From: Deltaproteobacteria bacterium
GTDB taxonomy: Bacteria; Myxococcota_A; Polyangia; Polyangiales; Houyiibacteriaceae
Assembly: GCA_004283055.1 (NCBI GenBank)
Contig: SHLP01000005.1
Span: forward strand, 4,687 to 68,686
Direction of reading: 5' to 3'
Length of the DNA: 64,000 bases
This document shows positions 61,481 through 64,000 of the stretch, in pieces (position 1 is the first letter of the stretch; each line of letters starts with the position of its first letter). The notes beneath the pieces were generated by a model. It made no database searches. It was not told the DNA's origin and saw nothing but the letters and a program-made list of their open reading frames with translations. The position numbers and the translations under genes are program-made.

Positions 61481-62402
61481 CGACTTGGTGCTCGAGGTGA
61501 TCGACCTCCACAAGACCTTCCACATCGGCTTTTTCCGCAAGCGCGTGGAGGCGGTGCGCGGGACGAGCTTCTCGGTGAAGCGCGGCGAAATCTTCGGGCT
61601 GCTCGGGCCCAATGGCGCAGGCAAGACCACGACCATCAAGTCGATTCTGCGCCTCATTTTTCCCACCAAAGGCGAAATCCGTATTTTCGGTCGTCCGTCC
61701 GGTGACCGGGAGGCGGCGATGCGCGTGGGCTACATGCCGGAGAACCCGTACGTCTACCAGTATCTCAAACCGATCGAGTTTCTGGACCTCTGCGGTCGGC
61801 TGGTCGGCCTCGACAAGCGCATGCGCCGCACGCGGTCCGAGGAGATGATCGACAAGGTCGGGTTGCGGCATGCCGCCGATCGACCGATTGGGAAGTTCTC
61901 GAAGGGCATGATGCAGCGGATCGGACTCGCGCAGGCGCTCCTGCACGACCCGGAGCTCTTGGTGCTCGACGAACCGATGAGCGGACTCGACCCGATCGGC
62001 CGCAAAGAGGTGCGCGACCTCCTGGTCGAACAGCGCGAGCGGGGAAAGACGCTCCTTTTCACGAGCCACATTCTGAGTGACGTAGAGCTTCTCTGCGACC
62101 GCGTGGTGATCATGAACCGGGGCGAAATCACCTCGGAGGGCCAAGTGCACGACCTGCTCGAGTCCGCCGGTCGCCGCGTCGAGATCCGGCTGAGCAGCGC
62201 TTCCCAAAAGCTCAGGGAATCGCTCGCATCGCGGGGGACCATCGTCGAAAGCGGGGCGAGCCATCTCACGCTGCAGGTCGACGGTCAGCAGGCCGTCGAC
62301 GAGGTCCTTCGGATCTCCAGCGCAGCGGGCGCAAGGCTCGACGCGATGGTCCCGGAGCGGGAGTCGCTCGAGAATTTGTTCGTGAAGGGGGCGCGTAGCT
62401 GA
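61473..62402 (+). CDS. ABC transporter ATP-binding protein (ABC-2/DrrA-like)
   Basis: Walker A GPNGAGKTT, Q-loop, signature FSKGMMQR, Walker B LLVLDEPMSGLD, H-loop TSHIL. ATG at 61473 overlaps the DegT end by 8 nt. Confidence 0.88.
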   Translation: MSDDLVLEVIDLHKTFHIGFFRKRVEAVRGTSFSVKRGEIFGLLGPNGAGKTTTIKSILRLIFPTKGEIRIFGRPSGDREAAMRVGYMPENPYVYQYLKPIEFLDLCGRLVGLDKRMRRTRSEEMIDKVGLRHAADRPIGKFSKGMMQRIGLAQALLHDPELLVLDEPMSGLDPIGRKEVRDLLVEQRERGKTLLFTSHILSDVELLCDRVVIMNRGEITSEGQVHDLLESAGRRVEIRLSSASQKLRESLASRGTIVESGASHLTLQVDGQQAVDEVLRISSAAGARLDAMVPERESLENLFVKGARS

Positions 62403-62442
62403 ACGGCCCACTTGCTCGGCGGACGAAGTTCCCTAGAGGCAG

Positions 62443-62883
62443 ATGATGAACGTCAAAAGGGTTTCACCACTGGAGGCCGCCGCGCTCCTCGAAGACGAGG
62501 GGTACGTTTACCTGGACGTCCGGTCGATCCCCGAGTTCGACGAAGGGCATGCGGTCGGCGCGTACAACATCCCGCTGATGCACGCGACGCCCACGGGCAT
62601 GCGCCCCAACGGGGATTTCATGTCGGTGGTCGCCTCGGCATTCCCGAAAGACAGCAAGCTGGTGGTCGGCTGTCGGTCGGGCAATCGCTCGCTCCGGGCG
62701 GCCCAAGCCCTGCTAGCCGAGGGCTTCGAGCATGTCGTCGACCAGCGGGCCGGGCACGAAGGAGCGAGGGACGCGTTCGGCCAGCTCGCGGAGCCGGGTT
62801 GGCATGCCGTCGGCCTCGAGGTGGCACGCGAGGCTGAGCCCGAACGAACGTACGAGGCGCTTCTCGCGCGTCGCGACGGCTAG
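62443..62883 (+). CDS. rhodanese-domain sulfurtransferase
   Basis: ...YLDVRSIPEFDEGHAVGAYNIP... and the active-site loop CRSGNRS. Confidence 0.8.
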   Translation: MMNVKRVSPLEAAALLEDEGYVYLDVRSIPEFDEGHAVGAYNIPLMHATPTGMRPNGDFMSVVASAFPKDSKLVVGCRSGNRSLRAAQALLAEGFEHVVDQRAGHEGARDAFGQLAEPGWHAVGLEVAREAEPERTYEALLARRDG

Positions 62884-64000
62884 CCGAACGCGCTGGACCA
62901 GATCAGGCCCGGCAGCCTCGCCAACGACGGGTCGGCGTTGAAGTACGTGAGCTTCGGGCCGACGGCGAGTGCTTTATCGTTGTCGACGAACCAGGCGGGC
63001 CTCGGGAACACGCGGAAGGGGCCTCGGACCACCGACTTCTGCGGTCGGTCGAACATGAAGGTGTTGTGGACGACGCCTCGACCCGAACGAATGTCGTTAC
63101 GTTCATGCCCGGGGAACGCGCCCCAGGTGTGCGTCGGTAGGCCGAAGACGAGGCCCGCCCAATGGTTGATCGCAATCGCTCCGTACCGAAGATTAGCAAT
63201 CGCACGCTCGATCGCTTCGGCAACCGCCGGATCCTTGAGCGACTTTGGATGGACCAGGATGCTGCAGGCAAGGGTGCCCCAAATGCGCTCGTTGCAGAAG
63301 TCCACCGCCTGGCCGATGTACTGGGCAATGGACGAAGCCGAGAGCGCTACCTCGCTGGTCTGCCCGCACCAGGACTCGGTGTTGAAGCAGATCTCCGCGC
63401 TGGCGCTGGGGTCGAGGTGGTCGATCAGCGTCCAGGGAACCTGGCCTTCGCCCCTTGCGCCGAATTCCTCGGCATCGGGGTGATGCGCTAGGAATATCTT
63501 CTGGCGCTCCTCGGCGCCCGGGTAGTACGGCTTCCTGCTGGCCGCGTTTCGGAACGCTTTGCGAATCGAGTCGAGCAGGGCCTCGCGTTTGTCCCATTGC
63601 TGGTGCTGCACGATGACGCGAGTCGCAGAGCAATTGAAGCCTGCGTTGTTGACTACGGTCGATGCGATGTTCACGCCGTGGAAGTCGAGGTCGCTTTTCG
63701 ACCACGGGCCGGGAACGACGATGACCGGGCTCACATTGCCGAGCTCACAGGTGAGCGGCTTTGGGTTACGGGCTTCGTCGGCTGCTTTTCTTCGTGCCCC
63801 TTCTTCGCCGACCCCAAAGACGATCGCGTCGTGGGTCTTGTCCGAACCCGTGACGTGGATGTCCTCGACCAGAGGGTGCTTGCAGAGGTAGTCCCCCTCG
63901 GCGGCGCCTCCGTAGACGATCCGAAAAAAGCCCCGTTCACGCAGTGGCTCGAACATCTCGTCGAAGAGCGGCCCGAGGTACTCGTTGACCGGGTTCATCT
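62880..64000 (-). CDS. aldehyde dehydrogenase family protein (N-terminus beyond the right edge)
   Basis: CELGNVSP (ELGG-like catalytic Glu region) and FNCSATR (catalytic Cys region). Only the C-terminal approx. 370 aa fall in the window. The Met at 63998 is probably internal. Confidence 0.8.
   Translation of the reverse strand, partial: MNPVNEYLGPLFDEMFEPLRERGFFRIVYGGAAEGDYLCKHPLVEDIHVTGSDKTHDAIVFGVGEEGARRKAADEARNPKPLTCELGNVSPVIVVPGPWSKSDLDFHGVNIASTVVNNAGFNCSATRVIVQHQQWDKREALLDSIRKAFRNAASRKPYYPGAEERQKIFLAHHPDAEEFGARGEGQVPWTLIDHLDPSASAEICFNTESWCGQTSEVALSASSIAQYIGQAVDFCNERIWGTLACSILVHPKSLKDPAVAEAIERAIANLRYGAIAINHWAGLVFGLPTHTWGAFPGHERNDIRSGRGVVHNTFMFDRPQKSVVRGPFRVFPRPAWFVDNDKALAVGPKLTYFNADPSLARLPGLIWSSAFG

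Overview
GC-rich bacterial chromosome with strong GC3 bias. The gene content (Ser/Thr kinase, FHA-fused sigma-54 activator, Ras-like GTPase, sterol reductase, Tad-like pilus genes) points to Myxococcota; that assignment is inference. I found no rRNA, tRNA, CRISPR array, integrase or transposase. Most of the window is housekeeping or accessory metabolism: YyaL-type thioredoxin protein, dipeptide epimerase, flavin reductase, di-haem cytochrome c peroxidase, carboxynorspermidine dehydrogenase and decarboxylase, recC-recB-recD, fdhD plus a YdeP-type molybdoenzyme, amine oxidase, rpe, MoxR-DUF58-transglutaminase, patatin, DegT aminotransferase, ABC ATPase, rhodanese and a partial ALDH. The most interesting locus is a roughly 13 kb, 16-gene, translationally coupled Tad/Flp-like operon on the minus strand (35591-48527). 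It has two CpaF-family ATPases (one fused to FHA), no recognisable TadZ/CpaE, five genes of unknown family, and an unlisted 44-aa leaderless Flp-like micro-ORF. An FHA-sigma54 activator and a Ser/Thr kinase lie nearby. Other notable items are a eukaryote-like delta(14)-sterol reductase, a giant double-ATPase activase with its partner protein, a Ras-like GTPase-LemA-M48-DUF2007 cluster, and an AT-rich promoter/operator island with an unlisted 59-aa ORF. The ORF track uses ATG, GTG and TTG starts and takes the longest frame. I therefore re-derived several starts from the sequence and rejected many long R/P/G-rich alternative-frame ORFs.
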